A stretch of DNA of 63,957 bases, filler included, from Gonapodya sp. JEL0774 (Eukaryota), in NCBI GenBank assembly GCA_027604505.1. It is 3 parts of 3 records of this genome, joined end to end, with 100 filler letters (N's around TTAATTAATTAA, not from the genome) between each part and the next. Parts side by side here need not be neighbours in the genome. Positions count along the whole stretch, not along the records: positions 45,823 to 63,957 come from JADIIX010000263.1; 2 more parts are not named here. One strand, 5' to 3'. The notes beneath the pieces are model-generated. The model was not told the origin of the DNA, made no database searches, and saw only the letters and a list, made by a program, of their open reading frames with translations. Below, piece after piece: positions 62,899-63,957 of the stretch. Every line of letters starts with the position of its first letter. The first letter of the stretch is position 1. A program made the position numbers and the translations under genes.

Positions 62899-63257
62899 TG
62901 GCGAACCGGGGTTATATCGAAGCAAACTCCAAACCTGAAATTTATTATTACATTTTTTGATAGTGATGTATCAGTGCGCTAGAAGGTGGTACAACAAATG
63001 AATGTGACATGGACGCGTGATACAAATGATGAAGAAGAGCAGCAGACATGAGGACCGAGTTTCCAAAGCATGTTGAACCGAGGGGAGATTGGCCAAGGTA
63101 AAAGGGGGGCAGCACACCAAAGGATGCATGGCGTCAAGACACGAGAATAAGTGATGAGCCACAGTGAACATGGAACAAAGGAAAGAAGAAATCATGAGAT
63201 GAATGTAGGATATGTTGCGATATAAACTATTATAACAGAAGATTTCTAATTCCACTT

Positions 63258-63328
63258 GGGTGAATGGCCCAGTGGTCTCGTTCTGCACACTGCAGTTCGT
63301 ATGCCTTCGGTTCGAATCCTGTCGCCCC
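63258..63328 (+). pseudogene. tRNA-like relic or tRNA-derived SINE head (Cys-like GCA)
   Basis: A box TGGCCCAGTGG and B box GGTTCGAATCC at tRNA spacing; acceptor GGGTGA/TCGCCC. D, anticodon and T stems pair poorly. Confidence 0.5.
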
Positions 63329-63957
63329 GAACCGCGGATGTCGCAAAGTCCATTCAAAAATTCCCCAAATTATCCCACATACACAAACTTCACAATTTTT
63401 TGCTCCTCATTTTCTGCTTTTGCTTCTTTCACCCGTTGCATTCGCTTTGTTCTTCACAGCTCATCCATGTACTACGTGCCCCAAATCCTTGCCCTCTGTC
63501 TCTTTTTGTCCCCACTACCGCAGTTTCGCAACCCAATTTTCTTACATTTTCTGCTCCATGAACGCATCATGGAGCCTCCTCTGCATCTGACCCCTCAAAC
63601 TTCTCAACACCAGTTATGTGTTGCATCTTTGATCGCGACGGAACCACGAGCGTGCTGCACGAATCATGGACCAGCAACTTCTACCTGCGGGCAGCTCATG
63701 GGACTTCTCAAGCAGGGAGCATATTTGTGGAAATGGAGCACTTCATTTCGTCGCAGAAGTCCAAGCGAGCGATTACAGTAATGGTATTCCAAGCTTTGAG
63801 CACTATTGACAGAACATTATGTTCTCCCCGTAGTCGTTATATTACTCGCTAGTTGTACAGCAGAATTGATAAGGCGAGAGGGACTTTCAGAGTAAAAGAA
63901 TTGATATCAGAAGGCCGCAAATATGAACTTAAGTTTCGAGAACGCATACATAAATAA

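Overview
Intron-rich eukaryotic genomic DNA with short GT-AG introns and CTRAC branch sites. The gene set (dynactin p22-like, LISK-type TKL kinase, haspin, membrane-anchored UXS1) suggests an early-diverging fungus; this is inference. Two 100-nt N-spacers containing TTAATTAATTAA (22865-22964, 45723-45822) split the window into three contigs whose adjacency may be artificial. Host genes: haspin-like kinase, RraA-like aldolase, HEL2/ZNF598, DCTN3-like, TPT transporter, an intronless orphan membrane protein, UXS1, RPB4, FUSC/ALMT-like transporter, aldo-keto reductase, MAD1, an NCE101-like microprotein, M20 amidohydrolase, ILV5, HAL-family kinase, TKL-C1 kinase, an IPT/TIG protein, TBCB and a giant ankyrin-module/SH3 protein. 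The most unusual region is a nested transposon island at about 39.9-45.7 kb. A decayed gypsy-like gag is cut by a decayed copia element (LTR plus half-tRNA-iMet PBS). The copia is cut inside its integrase zinc finger by a young GC-rich element, probably a DIRS/Ngaro-like tyrosine-recombinase retroelement. That element has an approximately 1-kb, densely base-paired leader bracketed by splice signals and an intron-containing ORF1 that runs into the assembly gap. All calls are by eye; no searches were run.
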